Shown: positions 20,173 to 30,555, numbered from the stretch's first letter. The stretch is 64,000 bases of DNA from Candidatus Eiseniibacteriota bacterium (GCA_963725865.1 CAVSAC010000014.1:1312001-1376000), one strand, 5' to 3'. The notes: a model not told the origin generated them from the sequence alone. Numbers and translations: made by a program.

Positions 20173-21675
20173 ATGTCGCGTCCCCGCACCTTCGGTGAGC
20201 TGAAGGCTTCCGGCTACCATCCGCGCTCCGTCAAGGACGAGCTGCGCGCCAACCTGATCGCGGCGCTGCGCGCGGGCGGGCCGCTGTTCCCCGGCATCGT
20301 CGGCTACGAGCACACGGTCGAACCGCAGATCGTCAACGCCTTGCTCTCGCGCCACGACTTCATCCTGCTCGGGCTGCGCGGGCAGGCCAAGACGCGCCTG
20401 CTGCGCGCGCTGTCGCGCTTCCTCGACGAATGGTCGCCCGAGATCGCCGGCTGCCCGCTGCACAGCGACCCGTTCCAGCCGCTCACGCACCACGCGCGCG
20501 TGCAGCTCGAGACCCACGGCGACGCGACGCCAATCGCGTGGCTGCACCGCGACGCGCGCTACCAGGAGAAGCTCGCCACCCCCGACGTGACGATCGCCGA
20601 CCTGATCGGCGACATCGACCCGATCAAGGCGGCGACGCTGCGGCTCGACTACTCGGACGAGCGCGTCATCCACTACGGCATCATCCCGCGCACCAACCGC
20701 GGCATCTTCGCGATCAACGAGCTGCCCGATCTGCAGCCGCGCATCCAGGTCGGCCTGCTGAATATTCTCGAAGAGAAGGATTTCCAGATCCGCGGCTTCC
20801 CGGTGCGGATGCCGCTCGACATCGCGATGGTGTTCTCGGCCAACCCCGAGGACTACACCAACCGCGGCAACATCATCACGCCGCTGCGCGACCGCATCGC
20901 CTCGCAGATCATCACGCACTACCCGCTGACCCGCGACCAGGGGCTGGCGATCACGGCCCAGGAGTCGTGGACGGCGCGCGACGCGGCGGTCGAGGTGGTG
21001 ATCCCCTCGTTCCTGCGCGAGCTGGTCGAGGAGGTCGCGATCCAGGCGCGCAAGAGCGAGTACGTGGACCAGAACTCCGGCGTCTCGGCGCGACTGCCGA
21101 TCGCGCTGCTCGAGAACCTGGTGTCCAACGCCGAGCGGCGCGGGTTCGTGACCGGCGAGACGCGGGTGTGGGCGCGCGTGTGCGACCTGCAGCACGCGGT
21201 CTCGGCGGTCAGCGGCAAGGTCGAGCTGGTGCTCGAGGGCGAGCAGGAGGGCGCGCTGAACGTCGCGCGCGCGCTGCTCGGCCGCGGCGTGAAGGCGCTG
21301 TTCGCGCAGCGCTTCCCCGACGCGTTCAAGCCGCACCGCAAGCGCCGCGAGCCGGCGCCCGCCGAGGGGGAGCCGCTCGCCACCAGCGAGTACCGCCCGA
21401 TCCTCGAGTGGTTCTCGGGCGGCGGGCACGTCGAGATCTCCGACGACCTGTCGCAGTCCGAGTACGCCAAGCGGCTGACCGCGGTGCGCGGGCTGGCGCC
21501 GCTCGCCGCGCGACACCTGGAGCCGACCGGTCCCGAGGAGCACGCGGTGGCGATGGAGCTGGTGCTCGAGGGCCTGCACCAGAACAGCATGCTCTCGCGC
21601 GACCGCACCGACGGCCGCACCACCTCGTACAAGGACATGCTCAAGCAGATGCTGAGCGGATTCGGAGACGATTGA
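20173..21675 (+). CDS. AAA+ ATPase, Mg-chelatase ChlI-like (Rv0958-type) partner of a VWA protein
   Basis: GLRGQAKT Walker A variant, EKLATPD, IFAINELPDL and SANPEDYTNRG; AGGAG SD. Confidence 0.85.
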   Translation: MSRPRTFGELKASGYHPRSVKDELRANLIAALRAGGPLFPGIVGYEHTVEPQIVNALLSRHDFILLGLRGQAKTRLLRALSRFLDEWSPEIAGCPLHSDPFQPLTHHARVQLETHGDATPIAWLHRDARYQEKLATPDVTIADLIGDIDPIKAATLRLDYSDERVIHYGIIPRTNRGIFAINELPDLQPRIQVGLLNILEEKDFQIRGFPVRMPLDIAMVFSANPEDYTNRGNIITPLRDRIASQIITHYPLTRDQGLAITAQESWTARDAAVEVVIPSFLRELVEEVAIQARKSEYVDQNSGVSARLPIALLENLVSNAERRGFVTGETRVWARVCDLQHAVSAVSGKVELVLEGEQEGALNVARALLGRGVKALFAQRFPDAFKPHRKRREPAPAEGEPLATSEYRPILEWFSGGGHVEISDDLSQSEYAKRLTAVRGLAPLAARHLEPTGPEEHAVAMELVLEGLHQNSMLSRDRTDGRTTSYKDMLKQMLSGFGDD

Positions 21676-21685
21676 GGAGGGCCGC

Positions 21686-22162
21686 ATGACCGAGACGCGG
21701 GCGCTCCTGCGCCACGTGATCGCCACGATCGCCTACCGCGGCGGCAAGACGCTGCGGGGCGCGCCGGCGGAGTTCGCGGACTTCAAGGCGGGGCCGGCCA
21801 CGCGCACGCCGGCCGAGATCCTCGCGCACGTGGGCGACCTGCTCGACTGGGCGCTCTCGATGATGCAGGGGGCGCAGGCCTGGCAGGATTCGACGCCGCT
21901 GGAATGGGAGCCGGAGGTGGCGCGGTTCCACGCCGCGCTCGCGGCGGTCGATGCGTTCCTCGCGAGCGACGCGCCGATCGCCTGCCCGGTGGACCGGCTG
22001 TTCCAAGGTCCGCTCGCCGACGCGCTCACCCACGTCGGCCAGCTCGCGATGCTGCGCCACCTGGCGGACGCGCCGATCCGCGGCGAGAACTACTTCCGCG
22101 CCGACATCGCGGCCGGGCGCGTCGGCGCCGAGCAGGCGGCCCCGGTCCGCGAGTTCAAGTGA
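21686..22162 (+). CDS. DinB-like hypothetical protein
   Basis: RTPAEILAHVGD and DALTHVGQLAMLR motifs; GAGGAGG SD. Confidence 0.7.
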   Translation: MTETRALLRHVIATIAYRGGKTLRGAPAEFADFKAGPATRTPAEILAHVGDLLDWALSMMQGAQAWQDSTPLEWEPEVARFHAALAAVDAFLASDAPIACPVDRLFQGPLADALTHVGQLAMLRHLADAPIRGENYFRADIAAGRVGAEQAAPVREFK

Positions 22163-25059
22163 GCGAACCAGCCGGCGCGCTCCAGCGTCGCGCGCTCGCG
22201 CTGGTCGCGGCACTCGCGCTCGCGGGGGCGCTGGTGGCCCCGCCCGCCCGCGCGGTGACGCTGCCAGCTCCCGCGCGCCGCGACGCGCCGCCCGCGCTCG
22301 CCGCCCCCGCGGGCTTCGGAGCCGCGGTGCCGCGCGGAGCGTTGTTCCGCCGTCTGGTCGAGGACTCGGCACTCGCCTCGCGCCTGATGGACCGCGGCCA
22401 GCTCGATTCGGCGCGCGCGTGCTTCGCGCCCTACGTGATCGCGGCGCGCGCGCGCGGCGACGAGGGCCTGCTGGCGCGCGGCCTGGTGCTCGACGCCGGG
22501 CTGCTCATCCGCCAGGGGCGCCCCGACGAGGCGCTGCCGATGACGCTCGAGGCAGAACGCCACGCGAGCGCCGCGCGCGACACCGGCACGCGGATGCTCG
22601 CGATGCGCGCCGAGGCGATGGTGCGCAATCTCAAGGGCGACTACGCCGCCGCCGAGCGCCTCGCGCGCGGCTGGATGGCGCTGGCCGAGCGCGTGGACAG
22701 CGAGGAATACCGCGCCTGGGGTCACACCATGCTGGGGTGGCTCCGCATGCAGCGCGACGGGGATTTCGCGGGCGGAGAGCGCGAGCTGCGGGAGGGGGTG
22801 CGGCGCTTCGAGCGCATCGACGTGCCGGTCGGTCTCGCATACACGCTCAGCGAGCTGGCCAGGACGGTGCGCGCGCGCGGCGACTACGCGGGCGCCAAGG
22901 CGCTGTTCCAGCGCGCGCTCGAGGTGGGCGAGCGCCATCAGCTGCCGCGCGTCGTCGCGCTCGTCTCCGACAATCTCGCCGCGCTCGAAGTCATCACCGG
23001 CGACCCCGGCCGCGCGGTGCCGCTCTACCTGCGCGCGCTCGAGTTCGAGACCACGTCCGGCAGCGCGAACAGCAGCGTGGTCACGATGGACAACCTGATC
23101 GAGCTGTACCTGAGACTCGGCCGCATCGACGAGGCGGGAGCACTCGCCGAGCGCGCGGTGGCGCTGGCGCGGGAGCGCGGTCTCACGACCGAGGTGCCGT
23201 GGCAGCGCGGTTATCGCGCCAACGTGCTCGAGAAGGCGGGACGCCTGGACGCCGCGCGTGCCGAGTACGCCGCCGTCGCGCTCGATCCCGGCGAGATCGA
23301 CGCCGAGGCGCGCGCCCTCGCGGTGATGGGACTGGCGCGGGTGCAGGAGGCGCGCGATTCGCTCGCGGCCGCGGTCGTGACGCTGCAGCGCGGCGCGGCG
23401 GCACTGGGGGCCCGGGTCGACGCCGACACCCACACCGAGCTCGAGCTTTCGCGGGGCCGGCTGCTGGCGGCGGCCGGGCGCCCCGCCGAGGCGCTGCGGG
23501 TGGCCGAGCCGCTCGCGGCCACGCTCGAGCGCGCGGGCGACCGTGGCCGGGCATTCGTGGCGTGGACCCAGATCGCCAGCGCCCGGCGCGCGCTCGGCGA
23601 CGTCGCGGGCACCGAGGCCGCGATCGCGCACGCGACCGCGCTGTGGGAAGGCGATCGCCGCCGCGTCTCGGATCTCGAGATGCGCGAGCTGCGCGGCGAG
23701 CAGGCGCACGCGCTGATGACCACGGCCATCCTGAGCGCGCTCGCCAGCGCGCCGCCCGCCGAGCGCGCGGCGCTGGCGTTCGAGCGCCTGCAGCGCTTCA
23801 AGACCCGCACGCTGCTCGAGCGGATGGCGGGCCCCGCGGCGTTCGACAGCGCCGGCCCCGCGTGGCTGCAGGCGCCGCTGACGCCGCTGGCGAGCTTCCA
23901 GCGCGACGTGCTCCGCCCCGGCGAGCTGCTGCTCGAGTACGTGGCCAGCGACGACACGCTGCTGGTGTTCGCGGTCACTCCCGAGGCGTGCCGCATCGCG
24001 GGCGCGCCCGGCCTGCGCCGCATCGGACCCGCGCTGGCGCTCGCGCACGACGTGCTGGCCGCGGGCCCCGGCCGGCCGGCGGACGCGGCGGCGGCGCGCG
24101 GCGCGCTGGAGCGGCTCGGCGTCCTGCTGCTCGAACCGGTGCGCGACGAGCTGGCACACGCGCGTCACGTGATGGTGGCGGCCGACGGGCCGCTCCAGCG
24201 GCTGCCATTCGCCGCGCTGACGCCGCCCGGCGGCGACGGGCCGCTCGGCGGCGCGCGCGGGGTCGCGATGGTGCCGTCCGCGACGCTGCTGCGGACCATG
24301 CGCGAGCGCTCCTCGGACGGCGGCGAACGCGTGCTCGCGGTGCTGGGCGCCCCGCACCGCGACCACGCGCGGCTGCGCGGCGCGGAGCGCGAGGTGGAGG
24401 CGCTCGCGGCGGGCTTCCGTGACGTGGTGGTGTGGCGCGGGGACGCCGCGCGCGCCGCCCCGCTGACCGCCGCGTCGCTCGCGGGCTACCGCGTGGTGCA
24501 CTTCGCCGGACACGCCGAGGCCGACGACCAGCTGCCGTGGCGCTCGGGGCTCCACCTGGGGACCGCGGGCGGCGGCGCGGACTCGATGCTCGCGGCGATC
24601 GACATCGCGACCAGCCGGCTGGGCAGCCCGCTGGTGGTGCTCTCGGGCTGCGAATCCGCGGGCGGGCGCGCGCGCTCCGGCGAAGGCGTCGCCGGCCTCA
24701 CGAGCGCGTTCCTCGCGGCCGGCGCGAAGACCGTGGTGGCGACGCTGTGGCCGGTCGACGACGCGACCACCGCGCGGCTGATGGCGCGCTTCTACGACGA
24801 GCTGGCGCGCGGGCGCACCACCGGCGAGGCGCTGGCCGCCGCGCAGCGCTGGACGCGCGAGCAGCCGGCGACCGCGCATCCGTTCCACTGGGCGGGCTTC
24901 GTGCTGATCGGCGACGCCGACCGCACGGTGGCACTGCGGCGCCGCGACGACCTGGCGCGCGCGCTGCTGCCGGCGCTGATCGGCGCGCTGGCGGCGGCGC
25001 TGGCGGCGCTGGCGTGGCGGTGGCGGCCGCGCCCCGCGCCGGCGCGGGAGCCCGCATGA
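22159..25059 (+). CDS. TPR + CHAT (caspase-like) protease with N-terminal signal peptide and C-terminal TM anchor
   Basis: LALVAALALAGALVAPPARA signal, TPR helices, DGPLQRLPF, HFAGH, LSGCES, LWPVDD, HPFHWAGF, then a hydrophobic tail followed by WRWRPR. Confidence 0.85.
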   Translation: MSEPAGALQRRALALVAALALAGALVAPPARAVTLPAPARRDAPPALAAPAGFGAAVPRGALFRRLVEDSALASRLMDRGQLDSARACFAPYVIAARARGDEGLLARGLVLDAGLLIRQGRPDEALPMTLEAERHASAARDTGTRMLAMRAEAMVRNLKGDYAAAERLARGWMALAERVDSEEYRAWGHTMLGWLRMQRDGDFAGGERELREGVRRFERIDVPVGLAYTLSELARTVRARGDYAGAKALFQRALEVGERHQLPRVVALVSDNLAALEVITGDPGRAVPLYLRALEFETTSGSANSSVVTMDNLIELYLRLGRIDEAGALAERAVALARERGLTTEVPWQRGYRANVLEKAGRLDAARAEYAAVALDPGEIDAEARALAVMGLARVQEARDSLAAAVVTLQRGAAALGARVDADTHTELELSRGRLLAAAGRPAEALRVAEPLAATLERAGDRGRAFVAWTQIASARRALGDVAGTEAAIAHATALWEGDRRRVSDLEMRELRGEQAHALMTTAILSALASAPPAERAALAFERLQRFKTRTLLERMAGPAAFDSAGPAWLQAPLTPLASFQRDVLRPGELLLEYVASDDTLLVFAVTPEACRIAGAPGLRRIGPALALAHDVLAAGPGRPADAAAARGALERLGVLLLEPVRDELAHARHVMVAADGPLQRLPFAALTPPGGDGPLGGARGVAMVPSATLLRTMRERSSDGGERVLAVLGAPHRDHARLRGAEREVEALAAGFRDVVVWRGDAARAAPLTAASLAGYRVVHFAGHAEADDQLPWRSGLHLGTAGGGADSMLAAIDIATSRLGSPLVVLSGCESAGGRARSGEGVAGLTSAFLAAGAKTVVATLWPVDDATTARLMARFYDELARGRTTGEALAAAQRWTREQPATAHPFHWAGFVLIGDADRTVALRRRDDLARALLPALIGALAAALAALAWRWRPRPAPAREPA

Positions 25060-25730
25060 GCGAGCGCGACCCGATCGAGCTGGTGCGCGCCGGCTATCAG
25101 CGCGCCTCGCACGCGTACCGCGGCGACGCGTTCGCGCTCGAGAAATCGGGCTACGCCCACTGGCTGCGCCGGTTGGCACCGCGGCTCGCCGCCGGGGCGC
25201 GCGTGCTCGACCTGGGCTGCGGCAACGGCGTGCCAGTCGCGCAGGAGCTGGCGCGCCGCTACGCCGTCACCGGGCTCGACCTCTCGCCGGCGCAGATCGA
25301 GCGCGCGCGGGCGCTGGTGCCGGGCGCGCGCTTCGAGTGCGGCGACATGAGCACGTTCGAGTTCGCGCCCGCCTCGTTCGACGCGGTGGTGGCGTTCTAC
25401 TCGATCATCAACGTGCCGGTGGACCGCCAGGCCGCGCTGATCGCGCGGATCGCCGGTTGGCTGGCGCCGGGCGGCTGGCTGCTCGCGATCGTCGGCCGCC
25501 GCGCGTGGACCGGCACCGAGGCCGACTGGCGCGGCGTCGAGGGAGTGCGGATGTACTACAGTCTCGCGGACGAGACCGCCTACCGCGCGTGGTTCGCCGC
25601 GGCCGGGCTGGAGCTGGTCGAGGAGGGCGTGCAGCCGAAGCACGGCAACCCCGGCTTCGCGGTGATGATCGCGCGGCGCGCCGGCGCGCCCGACGCGGGG
25701 GTGGACGAGGCCGCGGAAGGGAGCGCCTGA
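25056..25730 (+). CDS. Class I SAM-dependent methyltransferase
   Basis: VLDLGCGNG, GLDLS, FDAVVAFY and LAPGG; ATGA overlap with the CHAT gene. Confidence 0.88.
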   Translation: MSERDPIELVRAGYQRASHAYRGDAFALEKSGYAHWLRRLAPRLAAGARVLDLGCGNGVPVAQELARRYAVTGLDLSPAQIERARALVPGARFECGDMSTFEFAPASFDAVVAFYSIINVPVDRQAALIARIAGWLAPGGWLLAIVGRRAWTGTEADWRGVEGVRMYYSLADETAYRAWFAAAGLELVEEGVQPKHGNPGFAVMIARRAGAPDAGVDEAAEGSA

Positions 25731-26821
25731 TGCGCTTCGACTATCAGAAGTGGAAGGGCCCGCGCCCCGACGACGTCGAGTTCATGAAGCAGCTGATGGA
25801 GATCTATCGCAATCTGCTGCTCCAGACCGGCGGCGACGTCGACGAGGCGCTCGAGTGGATGGAGCAGTTCGGCGAGCAGTACGGCTTCTTCACCGACGCG
25901 TTCGGGATCGACGAGTTCCGCAAGCTGCTCGAAGAGAGCGGCGAGGCGCAGCGCACTCCGCGCGGCTTCCAGATGACGCCCAAGGGCGAGCGCCGCATCC
26001 GCCAGGACTCGCTCAACGAGATCTTCCACTCGCTGCAGGCGGGCGGCGCGGGCGACCACCGCACGCCGGTCGCCGGCACCGGCGGCGAACGCCTGAGCGA
26101 GACGCGCGCCTACCAGTTCGGTGACGACCTCGGCAACCTCGACCCGCTCGCCACCGTGAGCAACGCGGTGAAGCGCCACGGCATCGACGCGCTGTCGATC
26201 GAGGAGGAGGACCTCGAGGTCCACGAGACCGAGCACCTGTCGGCGTGCGCGACCGTGCTGATGGTGGACATCAGCCACTCGATGATCCTGTACGGCGAGG
26301 ACCGCATCACGCCGGCCAAGAAGATCGCGCTCGCGCTCACGCAGCTGATCCAGACGCGCTACCCCAAGGACTCGCTCGACGTGGTGCTGTTCGGCGACGA
26401 GGCGGTGCAGGTGCCGCTGAAGGAGCTGATGAAGATCCAGGCCGGGCCGTTCCACACCAACACCCGCGCGGGACTCCAGATGGCGCGCCGCATCCTCGAG
26501 TCGCGCAAGGGCGTCAACAAGCAGATCTTCATGGTCACCGACGGCAAGCCCTCGGCGATCCACGAGTTCGGGCGGCTCTACAAGAACCCGTTCGGGCTCG
26601 ACCCCAAGATCGTCAACCGCACGCTCGAGGAGGCGGCGCACTGCCGCCGCAAGCGCATCACGATCACGACGTTCATGCTGGCGACCGATCCGATGCTGCT
26701 GGACTTCGTGCGGCGGCTGGCGGAGCTGAACCACGGCCGCGTGTACGAGACCGACCTGAACAACGTCGGCTCGTACGTGTTCCGCGACTTCGTGCGGAAC
26801 CGGCGGAAGCGGCTGCACTAG
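25730..26821 (+). CDS. VWA-domain protein (Rv0959-type)
   Basis: MIDAS DISHS, HTN, MVTDGKPS; TGATG overlap with the upstream gene. Confidence 0.85.
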   Translation: MRFDYQKWKGPRPDDVEFMKQLMEIYRNLLLQTGGDVDEALEWMEQFGEQYGFFTDAFGIDEFRKLLEESGEAQRTPRGFQMTPKGERRIRQDSLNEIFHSLQAGGAGDHRTPVAGTGGERLSETRAYQFGDDLGNLDPLATVSNAVKRHGIDALSIEEEDLEVHETEHLSACATVLMVDISHSMILYGEDRITPAKKIALALTQLIQTRYPKDSLDVVLFGDEAVQVPLKELMKIQAGPFHTNTRAGLQMARRILESRKGVNKQIFMVTDGKPSAIHEFGRLYKNPFGLDPKIVNRTLEEAAHCRRKRITITTFMLATDPMLLDFVRRLAELNHGRVYETDLNNVGSYVFRDFVRNRRKRLH

Positions 26822-26851
26822 AGATCGCGCGGGCCGCGCGGTCGCGGCGGC

Positions 26852-28270
26852 CTAGCGCACCAGCGTCACGCGCGCCACCGCGTGGCGTCCCGCCCCGTCG
26901 GTCGCGCGCACGAAGTACATCCCCGCCGGCAGCCGGCGGCCATCGGCGCCAGTGCCGCGCCAGAGCCAGTCGCCGGTCCGCCCCGCGAATCCGTGGCCCT
27001 CACCGACGCGCCGCCCGCGCGCGTCGATCACCTCGAAGCGCACCTCGCCGACCGCGTCCGCCCATCCGATCGAGGCGCTCCCGAGTGACGGATTCGGGCT
27101 CGCGCGCAGGCGCAGTGCGCCCGAAGGGGGCGCGCTCGTCGCGCCGGTGGGTTCGCCGATCAGCTTGAAGCACAGCGTCTGGTCGGGCTTCTCCACCCAG
27201 TCTCCCGTGGGAGAGGTGCGGACGCTGAACGGCCCGATGTCGGCGAGGAAGTCCGCGCTCTCGCCGCCCGTCTTCCGGCGCGTGTACATGCCGTAGCAAT
27301 GCCGGGTCGCGACCCATAGCCAGTAGTCGTGGTCGGGCTTGAGCGTGATGACCTGGTCGAAGTCGAAGTGCGAGTCCCAGACCGGGTCCCGCCAGGAGCC
27401 GGGCTTCAATGCTGCACCAACGAGCGGGACCGGCAGCGTGAGCGGCGGCGTGGTCCACCACTGGGCGTCCACGATGCCGAGTGTGCCCGGCACGAGTGGA
27501 TTCCGGGGATGCACCGAGGTGAACGCCAGCTCTACCCAGCGCAGTCGCGTTTCGACCGGCACCCGGAACCGCTGGAGTAGCTCGTCGTAGGTGGAATCGA
27601 GGGAGTAGTTCGGCGTCACCACGCTCTGCACCACCGACAGCGCCGGCTGAGTGGAGTCAACGCTGCACAGAACGTGGTTCAGCACCGGGTGCGCGCCGGG
27701 CAGCGGAGTCCGCGCTCCCGTCGCGAAGTCCGTGTAGGAGTAGGCCGCCGGGGCGTCGGCTGGGCCGTCCGGCTGGTATCGGATGATCATCGTGTAGCCG
27801 GCAACCGAGTTCTCGTAGTCGAGCGCCACGGTGGTGCGGGGTGCCTCGGCCAGGTGCTCCACGCATTTCGTCACCAGTGGCGGATACCACCCGATGAGGA
27901 CCGGGGTGTTCACGGGCACGGAGTTCCCGTAGCCGCGCGATCGCAGCGCGATCTTGGTCGGGTCGGGCAGCAGCGTCTGCGGATCCCATTCCACGACTTG
28001 CACCCAGGCACCGCTGATCATGGCCACGACTCCGATGCTGCACGAGAGCACGGTGGACCCCGTGACGATGGGCTGGTCGATTCCCGCTCCACGTACCAGC
28101 GTGAAGGTGCCCCCGCTGTCGCCCTGCTGGATCACCCGGCCGCAGTTGGCGAAGGAGGTCGCCGCGGGTTCCGGTCGCGCGCCGGCGCGCGGCGTGGACG
28201 ACTGGACCGCGAGTGCGAGCAGCGCGCCCATGGTCACGACAGGCGCGAGGCGCAGCCATCGACGACCCAT
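26852..28270 (-). CDS. Secreted protein of the uncharacterised paralog family (copy A) with C-terminal FlgD/CTD-like domain
   Basis: Signal peptide; NC, SCS, EWDP..PDP, QRFRVPVE, SHFDFD, HDYWL and LCFKLIGEPTG shared with the genes at 53651-58164; PNP..DARGRRV..GMYFVR tail. Confidence 0.8.
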   Translation of the reverse strand: MGRRWLRLAPVVTMGALLALAVQSSTPRAGARPEPAATSFANCGRVIQQGDSGGTFTLVRGAGIDQPIVTGSTVLSCSIGVVAMISGAWVQVVEWDPQTLLPDPTKIALRSRGYGNSVPVNTPVLIGWYPPLVTKCVEHLAEAPRTTVALDYENSVAGYTMIIRYQPDGPADAPAAYSYTDFATGARTPLPGAHPVLNHVLCSVDSTQPALSVVQSVVTPNYSLDSTYDELLQRFRVPVETRLRWVELAFTSVHPRNPLVPGTLGIVDAQWWTTPPLTLPVPLVGAALKPGSWRDPVWDSHFDFDQVITLKPDHDYWLWVATRHCYGMYTRRKTGGESADFLADIGPFSVRTSPTGDWVEKPDQTLCFKLIGEPTGATSAPPSGALRLRASPNPSLGSASIGWADAVGEVRFEVIDARGRRVGEGHGFAGRTGDWLWRGTGADGRRLPAGMYFVRATDGAGRHAVARVTLVR

Positions 28271-28452
28271 TCGGCACACTCCTGCGGACGACAACGGAGC
28301 TCTCGGTGTCGGGAACGAGGCTCGATGTTACGTCTTCGCCGCGCTCGGCGACATCGCATCCACGTCACCCGGGCACCCACGCGTCCGCACCCTGCGGCAG
28401 CCGGCCCCGCCGTCCGCGGCCGCACCCGAACCGCCGCCTCGAGCGCCCAGCG

Positions 28453-30555
28453 CTAGGGAAGGACCACGATCCGCCGCGTGCGAGCGTCGCGGCCGGACTG
28501 CAGCCGCGCGAAGTAGACGCCGGGCGCCACCGCGGCCCCGCGCGCGTCGCGCGCGGTCCAGCGCACCTCGTGCGGCCCGGCGGCGAGCGGGCCGTCGACC
28601 AGGGTGGCGACCGCGCGCCCGTCGATCCCGTACACGCGCAGCCTCACCGTCGCGGCCCGCGGCAGGCGGAAGCGCAGCGTCGTGCCGCTCGCGAGCGGGT
28701 TGGGCGCGGCGCCCGCGAACTCCAGCGCCCGCGGCACGCCGCCCGCGCCGGCCGGCACCGCCAGCGCCGGGCGCTGGATCTCGTCCAGGAACCACGCCGC
28801 GTTCTCGGCCGTGATGCTCACGTGCTCCTGGTTGTCGAGCGGCGCGTACACCGCGTCGAACGGGGTGCGCGCGAGCAGGTCGGGATCGGCGGCGAGGTCC
28901 TCGAACAGCGTCGCGCCGGCGACGTCGAGCGCGCTCACGGTCGGGATGAACGCGTGGTGCGGGTACAGCGCGACGATGTCGCCGTACGGGACGGCGGTGG
29001 TGTCCATCTGCAGCATGGTGGCGCGCCACCCGCCGGGCGCGTTGTCGTATGGCTGGGTCCCCGCAACCGTCACCGCCAGCGTCTGCGTGGGCTGGAAGAT
29101 GATCTGGATGCGTCCGTCGAAGATCTTCGCGCTGCCGCCGTCGGGCACCGCCCACACGTTGCCGAGGATGTGGGCGATCAGGATGTTGTAGTCGTACTGG
29201 ATGATCTGCGCGGCGGCCGCGAAGCCCTGACCGACGCCGCGGCCGCTGCCGTTCGCGACCGCGACCCGGCGCAGGTCCTGCGGCCAGCCCACCGCGTCGA
29301 GATCGCCGACCATCGCCGCGCGCAGCGAGTCGGGGCCCGGCGAGGTCGCCGGCGGAGTGGTGTGATGGTAGACCAGCATCTCGCGCGCGGCCGGCGTATC
29401 GAGGCGGCCGAGCAGGAACGCGGCGTCGGCGGACTGTCCCGCGAAGAAGCCGACCCAGTACTGGAGCCCGAGCGGGATGTCGGCGCCCTGGTACGGCGCG
29501 TCGAACGAGATGAGCGTGCGCACGCGATGCGGCTCGCCTTGGGCCTCCATCCACGCCAGCGCGAAGCGGCCCACCAGCCCGCCCATGCTGGGGCCGACCA
29601 CCGCCATGCTGGCCCCGGGCGCGAGCTCGGCGCGCAGCTGGCGCAGCAGCTCGACCAGCACGAATCCGTTGCGCTCGACGTAGTCGGTGGCGTCCGCGAA
29701 GTCGAGCACCACCGCGTCGTAGCCGCGCGCCTGCAGCGTGTCGGCCAGCCCCTGCTGGTCGAGCAGCTCGAACAGCTCGTCCCATCCCATGGAGTTGTCG
29801 AGGTCGAAGCCCTCGGGGATCACCACCGGGTTCACGAGCTGCGTGTGCCCGGCACCGAGGCGGACGTAGGCGGTGCCGCTCGCGACCCCGCCGCGGAACG
29901 GCACGGTGCCGGTGATGGACAGCGTGTCGTCGGGCGTGGGCGTGACGAGTGCGGCGATCTCGAGCGCGAAGCGCGCGATGCGCGCGGCGCCGTCCGCGGC
30001 GGTCCAGCGCACCGTCGCGATCGCCGGCCCGGTGCGCGCGTAGTGCGCGCGCACCGGCTCGCCAAGGCCCACCGCGCGGAAGCCCGCGCCGTCGCCCGGA
30101 TCGAGCGCCAGCCGCGCGGGCGGCGCGCCATCGCTCACGAACAGCTCGGGGTCCAGCTCGAACGCCACGTCGGCGCCGCGCAGGATCCGCTCCGGGAACG
30201 CGGCCGCCGCGAGCACGCGCGCGGGTGTCGCGCCGCCGCGCTCGGCGTCGGCCACCGCGCGATCGAGCAAGGCGACCGGCACGACGCCGGCGGCCCGCGC
30301 CGCGCGGACGCGCGCCGCGAGCGCGTCGAGGTCGGGCCACTGCGCCGGCGCGTCCGAGGCCGCGCGCAGCTCGAAGGCGAGCTGGCGCCAGGTGGCGGTC
30401 CGCGCGACCGGAGCGTCGGCCGAGCCATCGAAGTTCCGCGCGCGGCTCGGATCGGGCAGGCGGGAGAGCGGCACCGGCGCGGCGAATGCCGGGCGCGCGA
30501 GCGGCAGGCACGCCAGCAACGACACCACGAGCAGCAGGGCGGGACGGGAGCGCAA
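28453..30555 (-). CDS. Secreted alpha/beta-hydrolase (lipase/esterase-like) with C-terminal FlgD/CTD-like domain
   Basis: TTG start 7 nt after GGAGG, signal peptide, PEGFD, GPSMGG nucleophile elbow, FDAPYQGADIP, NQEHV, and PNP..GVYFARL tail. Confidence 0.8.
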   Translation of the reverse strand: MRSRPALLLVVSLLACLPLARPAFAAPVPLSRLPDPSRARNFDGSADAPVARTATWRQLAFELRAASDAPAQWPDLDALAARVRAARAAGVVPVALLDRAVADAERGGATPARVLAAAAFPERILRGADVAFELDPELFVSDGAPPARLALDPGDGAGFRAVGLGEPVRAHYARTGPAIATVRWTAADGAARIARFALEIAALVTPTPDDTLSITGTVPFRGGVASGTAYVRLGAGHTQLVNPVVIPEGFDLDNSMGWDELFELLDQQGLADTLQARGYDAVVLDFADATDYVERNGFVLVELLRQLRAELAPGASMAVVGPSMGGLVGRFALAWMEAQGEPHRVRTLISFDAPYQGADIPLGLQYWVGFFAGQSADAAFLLGRLDTPAAREMLVYHHTTPPATSPGPDSLRAAMVGDLDAVGWPQDLRRVAVANGSGRGVGQGFAAAAQIIQYDYNILIAHILGNVWAVPDGGSAKIFDGRIQIIFQPTQTLAVTVAGTQPYDNAPGGWRATMLQMDTTAVPYGDIVALYPHHAFIPTVSALDVAGATLFEDLAADPDLLARTPFDAVYAPLDNQEHVSITAENAAWFLDEIQRPALAVPAGAGGVPRALEFAGAAPNPLASGTTLRFRLPRAATVRLRVYGIDGRAVATLVDGPLAAGPHEVRWTARDARGAAVAPGVYFARLQSGRDARTRRIVVLP

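Noticed and set aside
20173..21675. Real magnesium chelatase / photosynthesis gene
   Set aside because: No bchH/chlH or other tetrapyrrole genes are present, and the motifs and VWA partner fit the non-photosynthetic AAA+/VWA family.
22159..25059. CHAT protease as part of a CRISPR-Craspase or gasdermin defence system
   Set aside because: No Cas7-11, gasdermin or other defence gene is adjacent, and the protein appears to be exported.
26822..26851. Rho-independent terminator between convergent genes
   Set aside because: A GC hairpin is present but has no U-tract on either strand, which is insufficient support at this GC content.
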